Below the pieces are notes generated by a model. That model was given only the letters and a program-made list of their open reading frames with translations. It was not told where the DNA came from and did no database searches. Shown here piece after piece: positions 51,318-64,000 of a stretch of 64,000 nt of DNA (positions within the stretch are counted from its first letter, which is position 1; each line of letters starts with the position of its first letter). This DNA comes from Octopus vulgaris (Eukaryota). Position numbers and translations under genes: made by a program. The stretch spans positions 11,718,001 to 11,782,000 of the forward strand of contig OX597837.1 in NCBI GenBank assembly GCA_951406725.2, written 5' to 3'.

Positions 51318-54178
51318 CTTTTCTACCCACAGAGGGGACAAACAAGGACAGACAATAGGATTAAGTCGATTACATCGACCCCAGTGCGTAACTGGTTTTT
51401 AATTTATCGACCCCGAAAGGATGAAAGATATATATATATATATATATATAGGTGTGTGTGTGTCTGTGTTTGTCTCCCCAACATCGTTTGACAACCGATG
51501 TTGGTGTGTCTACGTCCCCGTAACTTGACGGTTCGGCAAAACAGACCGATAGAATAAGTACTAGGCTTACAAAGAATAAGTCCTGGGGCGTCGATTTGCT
51601 CGACTAAAAGGCGGTGCTCCAGCATGGCCGCAGTCAATATGACTGAAACAAGTAAAAGAGAGAAAGAGAGTACCTCGTATCATCGAAATCTTGAAGCTAC
51701 CAGATAATTCCTGATTAATTCAAAACCATAATTAAATAAGCAATACATCTGACAGAGAAATCCTGAATTAGTAAAGGGTCGAGTCTGTTGTCTCCCTAAC
51801 TTTGCTTTCTTAATTAATAATAATCATTATACAATAGTTTCTAAGTGAAGCACAAGGCCAGGGGTGGGTTTATCGATTATATCGACCCCCAATACTTGAT
51901 TGATACGTTATTTTATTTTATCGACCATGGAAAGATGAAAAGCAAAGTTGACCTCGGCGCCGGGATTTGGGAGTTTATTAACATCTCAAGGTTTCATTTA
52001 ATACTAATTAGAAAAGTGCTGGAAGAGTGTTGCAAGTCGGGTGGCAGACCTTTCGAACCGAAATGCCTCTCGAGTCTTCGGGGTACGAACAGCTGCCCTT
52101 TGTACTGTAATCTATATATTAATATATGTGGAAGCATGCAATTAGACATAAATATTTATAGTGGGCATTCCTTCGGTTTGACTCGACAAAACAACAAGAC
52201 TTCGCTTGTTTACGTGTAAAATGAATGTAAAACGTTCTCACATACAAACTCCGATGTTCTTAATTATATGTATAAAAGCAAATATTAACGGTTAATATAC
52301 ATAAACTGTGTACTGACCACATTAATTAAATAACCAACTCAGTAATTAGGCATAAATACCCGAGTGTCCTCGTAGTTATGCATCCATCCCTACCCCCTGA
52401 AGGTTGTAAGAATCCGGCTTTTCGAAAGACCAGATCCTGGTTCCCTTAAAAGCATAATTCGTGATGAAGTCAGTCTCGACACAGAACCACAAGTTTATTA
52501 AAAGTACATTGAACTTTTTTAACTTTATTTGGAACAACCCGACTTTAATCATTTAGAGACGAATGAAAAATTAAAAAAAAAAGAAAGCTCTTTGTTTTCC
52601 AATAATTCTGTTAATATCAACGATATACAATCATTAAATTGATTGCAATATTGGAATGCTATCATTTATAAATTTCATTACAGTAATATTTCACACTCGT
52701 TGTAATAATTCCAAACAGGCACGTGCATACACACATTATTGGATTTTCTCTCTCTTTCTCTCCTGGCCTGCCTTCATTCATAATTTCTAGCTTCTCTCGG
52801 TTTATATAATTCCAATGTCATTGAAACTTACAAGTAAAACACACTAAACACACACACACATATATATATTGTGTGTGTGTTTTGGAGGAATTTTGCTTTA
52901 AGTACCCCATGTAACCCCTCATAACTATTTTATTTTTTGAAATTGAAATTTTCAGAAAACTTTTGCGAATTTGTATTCTATACAGGGAAATTCACACGAC
53001 TGTAGAAAACATTTAAAAAAATTTTTCTTGAATTTTTCGAATCTTTCTTTTAAAATCAGTTTAAAATACGGATTGTCCGAATTTTTGGCTCAAATCCCAG
53101 CAATCCCTTAAATGTGTTTATGAGGGGAAATATTACTGAAAAACAAACAATACGTCAGTGACAAACGAGGAGGGCAGGAGGTGGTTGTGAGACGTGCTAA
53201 AAATAACAGCTAAATAGCTCAATCATCACCCCCCCAAAAAATTTTCTTTTGTTTTTGCATAATGTATGAATCCCCGTATGTAGAACACAAATTCACAAAC
53301 ATTTACTAAAAATTACAAAAAATAAGAAAGTTCTGAGGGGTTTATATGACATGCATATAGCCCGTTTTTTTTTTTTGTTTTTTTGTCCCTCCACCCCCAT
53401 CTTATTTTTTGAAGGTTGTCCGAAATCTTAAAATATTATTCATTCTTCAAGATTTCTGCTCACCAAACTTTATAATAATGTAGGGGGAGATCTAAACGAA
53501 AAGACCAGACATCTATTTATTCACACACGCACACGTTGCCTTGTTTCTTTCCATTGCTAATTAATATACAGTGATACATCGAAATAGACCGTAAACTCCA
53601 CAAAAAACAAAGCATGAATGAAGGCCAATAATGGTCTAGAAACAACAAATAGACTTTTATGTGTGTCTGTGTGTCTTCATTCATGTTGTGTGTATTATTG
53701 TATTTCATTTGAAACCCAGACAATCCGAAGACAACTACGTGACCTTCTCACTCGCTTTCATGGTCGTATTCCTTTGCCTTCCAGTCACCTCTCCACGCAC
53801 TTACACTATTCGTTCAGAAGGGAGGGCCAGTTAGTTTGAATAACACAGACATGGTGTGTGTGTGTGAAATCATTGTTAAAAATAACCATAGCACAAGATA
53901 AAAATCAGGCGCAAGTCTTTCGTGAAAAACCTAAATAACTATAATTTCACCCTGACACACAAAACAGAGTGACATTCTTAACACCACCTCCTCCACCATC
54001 GCACCTTGTTCAAAAACCAAACGATAACAACCATATTCTCTTCCACTTCACCTATTTTTATTTATACCTTACATTTTTAGGTCTGACTATCGTGAGAGCT
54101 CGGTGGTGTTGTTGTTTAGCGCCCCAGATGGAGCAGACCTAGTCTTAGTCTTCAACGTCTGTTTATAATTCCTTTCCC

Positions 54179-54423
54179 GATACTACTTGAGAACAGTGGT
54201 CCGTCCCGGTGCGCGCACTCGCATACTCGCGCTAGCTAGTCGTGACTAGTCGATCCTTACTTTGTGTTTTTGTGTGTTATTTACTTTGTGTAAAAAAAAT
54301 TATTTATTTTGTTTCATTTACTTTGCTAGGCAGTCGTTGTAGGATCGACTAGTCACGACTAGCTAGCGCGGATGCGCGACTACACGAGTGCGCGCACCGG
54401 GACCTCTGTTCTCAAGTAGCACC
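54179..54423. mobile_element. Same MITE family, copy 2 (opposite orientation)
   Basis: Same TIRs; perfect TSD TCCTTTCCC at 54170-54178 and 54424-54432. Confidence 0.85.
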
Positions 54424-57400
54424 TCCTTTCCCTGGTTTCAAATTTTGGTACAAGGCCAGCTATTTCGGAGGCGGAGAGAAGTCGATTACATCGACTCCAG
54501 GACTGAACTGGTACTTATTATATCAATCTCCAACAGGGTGAACGGCTAAGTCGACCTCGGCGGAATTTTAACTCAGAACGTTAAGACGGACGAAAAGCTG
54601 CGAAGCATTTTGTCCGGTGCGTTAAAGATTCTATCAGCTCACCGCCTTAACTATATTAAAATATTACACTGAACCGATGTACTTGATTGGTGTTATTATA
54701 TTACCGATACGGGAAAGGTGAACAGCAAATTTGACTTTAGTGGGATTTGAACTCAAAACGTTAAATGCCGTAACGAGACGATACACAGTATTTCGTCCGA
54801 TGCCCAACCGATTCTTCCAACACGTCGCTTAAAACGGTAGCGTGTGAATGCGAGGTCAAAATTTCCGTTATCCAATGTTTATAACTCTTTTACTTGTTTC
54901 AGTCAGTTGACTGCGGCCATGTTGGAGCACCGCCTTTAATCAAGCAACTCGACCCCGGGACTTATTCTTTGTAAGCCCAGTACTTATTCTATCAGTCTCT
55001 TTTGCCGGGGACATAAACACACCAGCATTGGTTGTCAAGCAATGCTAGGGGGACAAACACACATACATATATACATATACATATATACGACAGGCTTCTT
55101 TCAGTTTCCGTCTACCAAATCCACTCACAAGGCATTGGTCGGCCCGGGGCTACAGTAGAAGACACTTGCCCAATGTGCCACGCAGTGGGACTGAACCCGG
55201 AACCATGTGGTTGGTTAGCAAGCTACTTACCACACAGCCACTCCTGTGAAACATTTTATGAAATTCTTCATTTTTAAAATTAATTGAATCAAAAGTTAGA
55301 GTTCCAACAGGAATATTCCAACAAAACGGTTAATAATGAAAAAGTTATTTTACTAAATTTTTCACCATTTTAAAAAATTAATTGAAACAAAAACAGCATC
55401 TTTCCAAAAGAGGTAATTAAATTCTTTTACTTGTTTCAGTCATATGACTGCAGCCATGCTGGAGTCAAGCAACTCGACCCCAGCAATTATTCCTTGTAAG
55501 CCTAGTACTTATTCTATCAGTCTCTTTTGCTGAACTGCTAAGTTAAGGGGACGTAAACACACCAGCATCGGTTGTCAAGCGATGTTGGTGGGGACCAACA
55601 CAGACGCACAAACATACACACACCTACATACATATATACAATGGGCTTCTTTCAGTTTCCGTCTACCAAATCCACTCATAAGGCTTTGGTCGGCCCGAGG
55701 CTATAGTAGAAGACACTTGCCCATTTCACTGTGGCCATGCTGGAATACTGCCTTTAGTCGAGCAAATCGACCCCAGGACTTATTCTTTGTAAGCCTAGTA
55801 CTTATTCTATCGGTCTCTTTTGTTGAACTTCCAAGTTACGGGGACGTAAACACACCAGCATCAGTTGTCAAGCGATGTTGCGGGGACAAACACAGACACA
55901 CAAACATATACACACACACACACATATATATATATACATATATACGACAGGCTTCTTTCAGTTTCCATCTGCCTAATCCACTCGTAAGGCTTTGGTCGGC
56001 CCAAGGCTATAGTAGAAGACATTTGCCCAAGGTGCCACGCAGTGGGACTGAAACCGGAACCATGTGGCTGGTAAGCAAGCTACTTACCACACAGCCACTA
56101 TGCCTGAAATTTTGTGCGGAGGGATTTAGTCAATTACTTCGATTCCCCCAGCAGAATTTGAATTCTGAATATGAAGTCAGAAGAAATGTCGCTAAGCATT
56201 TTCTCCAGTGCAGTGACAATTCTGCCAGCTTACCACCTTAAACAGGGGTTAATAAGCTTTTCTACTAAAGGCCACAAGGCCTGAAATTTTGTGGGAGTGG
56301 CCTAGTTGATTACATCGACCCCAGTCTTCAACTGGTACTCTTTTTATTAACCCCGAAAGGAGGGAAAGGCAAAGTTGACATCGGTTGTATTTGAACTCAG
56401 GACATAGACAGACGAGATGTTGCTAAGCATATTTTAAGAATGACATTGTAGGGTAGGTGTGAGAGGCTGGATCTGGCCAGTTTTAACATAAAGCAGGTAG
56501 AAAATTTGGGCCGGATTAAAAGGTAAAGGGTTAAAATATATGGACTTCTATCATTTTAGCTTTAAGAATCGTTTTATTTAGGAATAAAAGTTCCTTATTC
56601 AAGGGCCTGAAAGATGCTTTTTTTCCTTCTAAAATAAATATCTCAAACAAAAGAAATATACCTGTGCATTTTTTTATCATATACAATATGACTTAGTGGT
56701 TAGAGCATCGGACTCGAGGTCGAGGGATCAGGGGTTCGAATCTCAGACCGGGCGAAACACCTAAGCTCCATGCAGCTCCGGCAGAAGGTAATGGCGAACT
56801 TCTGCTGACTCTTTCACCACAACTTTCTCTCACTCTTTCCTCCTGCATCTTGCAGCTCACCTGCGACAGACCGGCGTCCTGTCCAGGTGGGGAACCTATA
56901 CGCCAAGAAACTGGGAAACCAGCCCTTATGAGCCAGGCATGGCTCAAGAAGGAACAAACAAACAATAACTGTTAATTATGTTGCTGGTGCCATGTAAAAA
57001 ATACCCAGTGCCCCCTGACTGGCTCCTGTGCTGGTGGCACCTAAAAAGCACCATCCGAATGTGATTGATGCCAGGCATGCCTAACTGGCTCCTGTGCCAG
57101 TGGCACGCAAAAAGCACCCACTACACTCTCAGAGTGGTTGGGGGTAGGAAGGGCATCCAGCTGTAGAAACATTGCCAGATCAGATTGGAGCCCGGTGCAG
57201 CCACTGGTTTTCCAGACCTCGGTCAAACCGTCCAACCCATGCCAGCAGGAAAAACGGACATTAAACGATGATGATACACTCTGTAAAGTGGCTGGCATTA
57301 GGAAGGACATCCAACCATAAAAACCAAGCCAAAATAGACATTTAGAGCCTGGTGGAGCTCTCCAGCCTTGCCAACTCCTATCAAACCATCCAGGCATGGA

Positions 57401-57558
57401 AAATGGCCATTGAATTCTAAGATTAACCCTAATTTTTTTATTTGATTTTCTTCATTTTAACCTAATATTAAATCAAGTTTTTTTTTTCTTTTAATAAACG
57501 TTTTCACAAATTTTTGGTTACAATGTCTGTTTGTTTTCCTTCTAGTATCCTCTAAACC

Positions 57559-57662
57559 ATGGCTGGAGTTAGCTGTTTTGACCGTATAAAAGTTGGCTTC
57601 ATGATAGGAATGTGTGTTGGAATGGCATCAGGAGCATTATTTGGTGGATTTTCTGCACTTAG
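57559..57662 (+). CDS. ROMO1: Reactive oxygen species modulator 1 (ROMO1/Mgr2), first coding exon
   Basis: Acceptor ttctag ending 57545, ACCATGG start, gtaaga donor; encodes [34 protein letters not shown](R). Confidence 0.95.
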
Positions 57663-58068
57663 GTAAGACAAAAATCAACAATATATAACTTTAACAAAAA
57701 AGTCTGCTTTTCCATGCTTGCATGGGTTGGACAGAAATTTTTATGACTAGATGCCTTTCCTGTTGCCAAACCTCGCCTGTTTCAACACAGGGTAATATTG
57801 GTTTCAAATTTTGGCTTCCGTGCCGGTGGCACGTAAAAAGTACCAATCCAATCGTGGCCATTGCCAGCCTCACCTGGCACCTGTGCTGGTGGCACGTAAA
57901 AAGCACCCACTACACTCACAGAGTGGTTGGCAGTAGGAAGAGCATCCAGCTGTAGAAACACTGCCAGATCAGACTGGAGCCTGGTGCAGCCTTCTGGCTT
58001 CCCAGATCCCCGGTCGAACCGTCCAACCCATGCTAGCCAACAGGTTTGGGGACAGGTGGCTAAGCTGA

Positions 58069-58479
58069 TTAACCCTTTTGATACTACCTCTCACTCTGTA
58101 GTACAAATGTCTTGCTTTCAAAAGTTTTGAATTAAAATCTTCCTCCAAACCTTAGTCACTATTTATGTTCCTAACACTAGCTGAATGATAACTATGTTAT
58201 TTTACTAAATTCTTTGTTATATTCAAAATTAATTGAAAGAAGCACAGAGCATCTCAACAGAATTGATCTTCATCATTTAACGTCCCTTGTCCATGCTGGC
58301 ATGGGTTGGACGGTTTGACCAGGGCTGGCAAGCAGGAAGGCTGCACCAGACTCCAGTCTGATTTGGCTGAATGCCCTTCCTAACTCAAACCACTTCGAGA
58401 GTGTAATGGGTGCTTTTGCGTACTAGGATGCATTTATGTGGCACCGGTATCTGCCACGACATGGTAATGAAAGGATTAA
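58069..58479. mobile_element. Possible piggyBac-like MITE with a nested family C insertion
   Basis: TTAACCCTTT start and AAAGGATTAA end; similar AAAGGGTTA ends near 11660, 34030 and 56526. Confidence 0.4.
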
Positions 58480-58594
58480 ATTGGTCCCAGTGTTCAACTG
58501 GTACTTATTTTTTTGTTAAAATTGGTATTTATTTGTCTCTGATTTAAACACACCAACACCGGTTGTCAGGCAGTGGTGGAGGGGACAAAGACAT

Positions 58595-58626
<32 letters not shown>

Positions 58627-59148
58627 CAGGCTTCTTTCAGTTTCCATCTGACAAATGCACTCACGAGACAAACACAGACAAACACAAATATACTATATAT
58701 CTGATGGGCTTCTTTCAGTTTCTATCTACCAAATCCATTTACATGGCTTTGGTTGGCCCAAAGTTATAGCAGAAGACACTTGCCTAAGGTGCCATGCAGT
58801 GGGACTGAACCCAGAACCATGTGGTTGGGAAGCAAGCTTCTTACCAGACAGCCACTCATTGTTAACTTTTTCACCTAGATTTACTGCCATGTTGGAGTTT
58901 TATTTTATTTATTTTAATGGCGTTAGGAAGGGCATCCAACCGTAGAAACTCTGCCAGATCTGACTGGAGCCTGGTGCAGCCTCCTGGCTTCCCAGACCCC
59001 AGTTGAACCGTCCAACCCATGCTAGCATGGAAAGCGGACGTTAAACGATGATGATGATGACTTTATCTTTTTGTATGTATTGTATATATTTATTGATTTA
59101 TTGGGCCATCAAAAAATATTTATAAATATATTTTCATTTCATTTCCAG

Positions 59149-59257
59149 ATTTGGTTTACGAGGCCGAGAACTGGTTCAGAATGTGGGCAAAACAATGGTT
59201 CAAGGAGGCGGAACGTTTGGCACATTTATGGCAATCGGAACGGGTATACGATGCTAG
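59149..59257 (+). CDS. ROMO1: ROMO1 second coding exon
   Basis: tttccag acceptor; encodes [35 protein letters not shown], the canonical ROMO1 C-terminus; total CDS 213 nt, 70 aa. Confidence 0.95.
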
Positions 59258-59410
59258 AATTAGAACAGCATCCAACCAGATACTTTAAATTTATTTCAAT
59301 GACTCTTCCACCATTTCCCTCTCTGCTTCATCTGGAGTAATAACAACAACAATGATGGTGGTGATGTTGACAAACTGTGTATGACCAGACAAGAAGGACT
59401 GATATTTTAT

Positions 59411-59416
59411 AATAAA
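59411..59416 (+). terminator. Candidate ROMO1 polyadenylation signal
   Basis: AATAAA about 155 nt after the stop codon. Confidence 0.55.
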
Positions 59417-60665
59417 GTTTACCAAAAATTTATCGTTTCTTAGATCTTGCTTTCTTTTCATCATCATCATCATCATCATCGTGGCTGTGTGGTAAGTAGC
59501 TTGCTTACCAGCCACATGGTTCCGGGTTCAGTCCCACTGCGTGGCACCTTGGGCAAGTGTCTTCTACTATAGCCTCGGGCCGACCAATGCCTTGTGAGTG
59601 GATTTGGTAGACGGAAACTGAAAGAAGCCTGTCGTATATATATATATATATGCGTGCGTGTATGTTTGTGTGTCTGTGTTTGTCCCCCTAGCATTGCTTG
59701 ACAACCGATGCTAGTGTGTTTACGTCCCCGTCACTTAGCGGTTCGGCAAAAGAGACCGATAGAATAAGTACTGGGCTTATAAAGAATAAGTCCCGGGGTC
59801 GAGTTACTCGACTAAAGGCGGTGCTCCAGCATGGCCGCAGTCAACTGACTGAAACAAGTAAAAGAGTATCCGTTTTCCATGCTGACATGGGTTGGACGGT
59901 CTGAGTGAAAGCTAGTAAGCCGGGGAGTTGTACCAGGTTCCAGTCTGATTTCGTGTGATTTTTACAGCTGGATGCCCTTCCTAACGTCAACCACTATAAG
60001 TGTGCCACGGGTGCTTTTTATGTGCCACCGGCATGGGTGCACTTTAAATTAGGAATAGCTAAGTTCTCCCTATTTCATTCCAACTCCACGCTAAAGAAAA
60101 AACCCATGTGTCTTTTACTTGTTTCAATCATTGGATTGCAGCCATGCTTGGGCCCCATTTTGAAGGGTTAAGTCAAACAAATCAACACCCATACTTATCT
60201 TTCTTTGTTATAAACCTGGTACTTGTTTTATCAGTCTCATATACTGAACTGCTAATTACAGGAATATAAACAAATCAGGTGGTGGAACAAACGATGATAC
60301 ATGCTTTATATTATTAAAACTTTGCATGTACCACATCCTTGCGTTGACCTTTTTTCTTTCTCTGTTTATTTTGATTAATTATATATATACGTGATCACAT
60401 AACCGACCAGGCTATCGGATGTTGTAACACATCACTGGTCACACTACACTTTCCCTTGTTTTAGCCTTCAAATGAACACCACCCCACTGGGTAGGTGAGC
60501 AGGCCAACATTCCCCACTGATCAAAAGGAGGACTGGGGCAATGTGAAATGAAGTGTTTTGCTCAAGAACACCATGCACCGCCTGCTCTGGGGATTGAACC
60601 CACAATCTAGTGACTGTGATTACAACAATCGAACCACTCAGTCACATGCCTTCACACACACACAT

Positions 60666-60697
<32 letters not shown>

Positions 60698-61119
60698 CAC
60701 ACACACACACCCAGAACCACGTTAATGGCTTAGGAGTGAAATTTAGGATTTCTCAATTTTCTGTGAATTGATTCTGATAAACCTTTTCCCTGTTGGTTTG
60801 CACACCATGCCAACACCATTGTTATGTTTTCATTATTCTGTGTAACATCCTTTTTTTATTTCGGATTCTTCAGTTTTTGGGTGAACCACGGTAATAGCTT
60901 TCCAATGAAAATAGCCCATCTAGACTATTTTTTTTTTCAGAAAATGAAGGGTAAGGATACATATTAAGTATACATTGAGTCTATACTTAAAAAAAACCCA
61001 TAATAATGATTCATGTGATGAGTGTTGGGGTGTCTCTTTGTTGTGACATCACAAGGTATTTCGAAATTAATGTCACCATCATACTGTAACGTCTTTCATT
61101 TCCAATATTCTGTGAAAAT

Positions 61120-61660
61120 GAGCTAGTAGAATTGTTAGCACACTGAGCAAAATGCCTAGCGGTATTTCGTCTGCCATTACGTTCTGAGTTCAAATTCCGC
61201 TGAGGTCGATTTTGCCTTTCATCTTTTTGGGGGTCGATTAAATAAGTACCAGTTATACACTGGGGTTGATGAAATCTACCTAATCCCTTGTTTGTCCCCT
61301 CTATGTTTAGCCCCTTGTGGGCAATAAAGAAATAAGAAACGTTAGTGCACCGGGCGAAATGCTTAGCGGTATTTCGTCTGCCGCTACGTTCTGAGTTCAA
61401 TTCCGCCGAGGTCAACTTTGACTTTCATCCTTTTGGGGTCGATAAATTAAGTACCAGTTACGTACTGGGGTCGATGTAACTGACTTAATCCGTTTGTCCT
61501 CTCTGTGTTTAGCCCCTTTTGGGTAGTAAAGAAATAGGTATTTCGTCTGCCGTTACGTTCTGAGTTCAAATTCTGCCAAGGTCGACTTTGCATTTCATCC
61601 TTTCAGGGTCGATAAAATAAGTACCAGTTGCGTACTGGGGTCAGTGTAATTGATTTACTC
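61120..61660 (+). mobile_element. tRNA-derived SINE family B, tandem trimer (representative)
   Basis: GAGTTCAAATTCC B box and GTCGACTTTGCCTTTCATCCTTTCGGGGTCGA..AAGTACCAG core. Other copies 3825-4250, 13575-13855, 19143-19512, 25283-25495, 35258-35470, 35618-35855, 44960-45162. Confidence 0.85.
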
Positions 61661-62777
61661 TGTCTTTGAAATTGTTGACCTTCTGTCAAAGTCTGAAATC
61701 AATATTGTGTGAAAGCTTAGAAACAAGTGAGGATTGGCAACAGGAAGGGCATCCAGCCGTAGAAAAATCTGCCTCCAGTAAATTCCGTCTGACCCATGCA
61801 GGCATGGAAAAAGCAGATGTTAAGACGAGGAAGAGGAGGATGACAATCCATAACAGTGATCTTTAAGAGTTAACCCCCTTTTTTCTTTGAAAAATGACAA
61901 ATACAAAACAAGGCAAAAGGAAAATAAAAGATTTAAAAATACAAGAATAAACCATGAAAGCCAACTAAGCTGCTTAAGACAGAAAAGTATATATATACAC
62001 ACACACACACACACAGTATTACAACTATGTGAAGGCGCATGTCTCAGTGGTTAGAGCTTACAATCATAAGGTTGTGAGTTCGAATCCCGGACTGGGCTTC
62101 GTGTTGTGTTCTTGAGCAAGACACTTTATTTCACATCGCTTCCAGTTCACTCAGCTGTAGAAATGGGTTGTGATGTCACTGGTGCCAAGCTGTATCGGCC
62201 CCTTTGCCTTTCCCTTGGATAACACTGGTGGTATGGACAGGGGAGGCTGGTATGCATGGGTGACTGCTGGTCTTCCATAAACAACCTTGCCCGGACTTGT
62301 GTCTAGGAGGGTAACTTTCTAGGTGCAATCCCATGGTCATTCATGACCAAAGGGTTCTCCTCCTCTTCCTATTACAACTTTAACGGACCCTGGTCTATGA
62401 CATTAATCTGTTTGTCATGACAAGTGTTTGGGTGTCACACTCTTAAGAAGTATAACTGAAAAGAAATGGAAGATGTAATTGAAATATTTCAACATTGTGA
62501 GACTAGATCGAGTGTTATGCTTTAGACAACCTAAACTACGGAAAGAAATTCATTCATTTCTACGTCTGTTTTTTCCATGTATGCATGAATTAGAGGAATA
62601 CAAAGTGAGCTTCTTAACCACATGGCCACATGGTTGCAAAGTGAGCTTCATGGCCACATCGTACATTGACATGCTTTGTCCACATGTTCAGAATGCACCA
62701 AACGGAATGAAAAATCAAGATGCAATAAAGGAAGGAAGGCAAAGAAGGAGGGAGTGAAAGAAAACGAAAATGCTGAC

Positions 62778-62874
62778 CTTTGTCTGCCATTACGTGTACA
62801 CCATCCAATGGATTCATAATTCCTGGATAAGGTTTCCCAAACGATAATGTCTTCACTTTGTGTGTCATGTTAAA
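62778..62874 (-). CDS. ERGIC3: ERGIC3 internal exon
   Basis: ttccag acceptor, gtcagc donor; encodes FNMTHKVKTLSFGKPYPGIMNPLDGVHVMADK; 97 nt. Confidence 0.93.
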
Positions 62875-63168
62875 CTGGAAAAAAAATTTAAAAAAAACAA
62901 AAGAAACAGAAAACATAAAATTTTGTTCTTGTTTTTTCTCTCTTTTTCTAATCAGATTCATTTTATGCAAATTTCTTTAACAAAAATTGATTAAGAATTC
63001 TTTGACTCCACCATCCTCATTTTAACATCCACTTTTCCATATTGAAATGATTCAGATGGAATTTGCTAATTTGTTTGAATTAGATTCTCTACAGCTGGAT
63101 GCCCTTCCTGTGGCTGACCCTCACATGTTCCCACCATAAAGTAATGAGTAAAAACGAATGGCTCTTAC

Positions 63169-63200
63169 CTTTTGGCCACCCAGAGATTGCAAATCATGAA
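63169..63200 (-). CDS. ERGIC3: ERGIC3 internal exon (gene continues beyond the window)
   Basis: Minus-strand tttcag acceptor and gtaaga donor; 32 nt; encodes (V)HDLQSLGGQK. Confidence 0.85.
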
Positions 63201-63519
63201 CTGAAATAGAGAAAGAAGTAGGAACAAATATTAGACATTGTGACACCAATTTGAGACAGAAAGAGGCAGGTATTTCCAATAATTACATCATCACCATTGT
63301 TCTAAAGTGTCTGCTAAATTGGTTCATATAAAATTTAGGCACAGGAATGGTCATGTGGTTAAGAAGTTTGCTTCCCAACCACAAGGTTTTGGGTTCAGTC
63401 CCACTGCATGGCACCTTGGTCAAGTGTCTTCTACTATAGCTTCAAGCTGACCAAAGATTTGTGAATGAATTTGGTAAACAAACTGAAAGGATGTTGCTGT
63501 GTAGGAATAATGTTATCCC

Positions 63520-64000
63520 AGTATGAGGGATAACACCAGCCTGTGTGTGAATATGACACTAATTAGTGTGCAGGTATAAGGGCACACGAAATGACAGCAA
63601 TCGCAGTGTGTGGGATAACACCAGCCTCAGTATGGAGGTTAACAGCAACCTTAGCATGTGAGATGACACCAACCACAAGGCATGGGATAACACCAATCAG
63701 CATGTGGGGGATAACATTAACCATAGTGTATCCAGGTTAACACCAATGTTGTTGCATTGGGACAATATCAGTTGCGATGGGTGGGATACCACCAACCTGT
63801 TTGCAAATATGACACATGCATGTGTGTGGGTATAAGGGTACACAAAATATTACTAATCACAGTCTTTGGGATAACCCACATTTTCAGTATGTGGGTTAAC
63901 ACCAACCACAGCATATAGGTTAACACCAATCACTGTGTGTGGGATAACATTAGCCTTAGTGTGTGGGTTAACACCAACCACTGCGTATGGGTTAACAACG
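63520..64000. repeat. Degenerate minisatellite, unit about 30 bp
   Basis: Recurrent GGGATAACACCA/GGGTTAACACCA..AGTGTG units; runs off the window. Confidence 0.75.

Noticed and set aside
14209-63200. Functional ER quality-control cluster (FAM8A1 plus ERGIC3)
   Set aside because: Tail-to-tail adjacency alone gives no evidence of co-regulation.

Overview
Eukaryotic, AT-rich, repeat-dense DNA; the SINE families and microsatellites point to an octopus (Octopus sp.), by inference. Most ORF-track entries are microsatellite or SINE artefacts. Splicing by hand gives three protein-coding genes. FAM8A1 (+ strand, 5 coding exons, 14209-38927, 612 aa) is complete. ERGIC3 (- strand) is represented by its last 6 coding exons (63200-43071) and continues past the right edge. 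ROMO1 (+ strand, 57559-59257, 70 aa) is complete and nested antisense inside a 14.6-kb ERGIC3 intron. A candidate spliced non-coding transcript lies on the - strand at the left end. Introns hold several tRNA-derived SINE families, RTE and CR1/L2-group LINE fragments, a mariner end, several MITEs with TIRs and TSDs, and a Penelope-type GIY-YIG endonuclease fragment. The most unusual signal is a set of minimal type-I hammerhead ribozyme motifs (27620-27681, 47298-47343, 23302-23336, 23554-23644, 49493-49532). Most sit in small (TA)n-flanked non-coding elements, some of them fold-backs, and one appears joined to a tRNA-like Pol III head. This suggests a set of ribozyme-bearing, Penelope-mobilised non-autonomous retroelements. 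Repeat boundaries are approximate and no database search was run.
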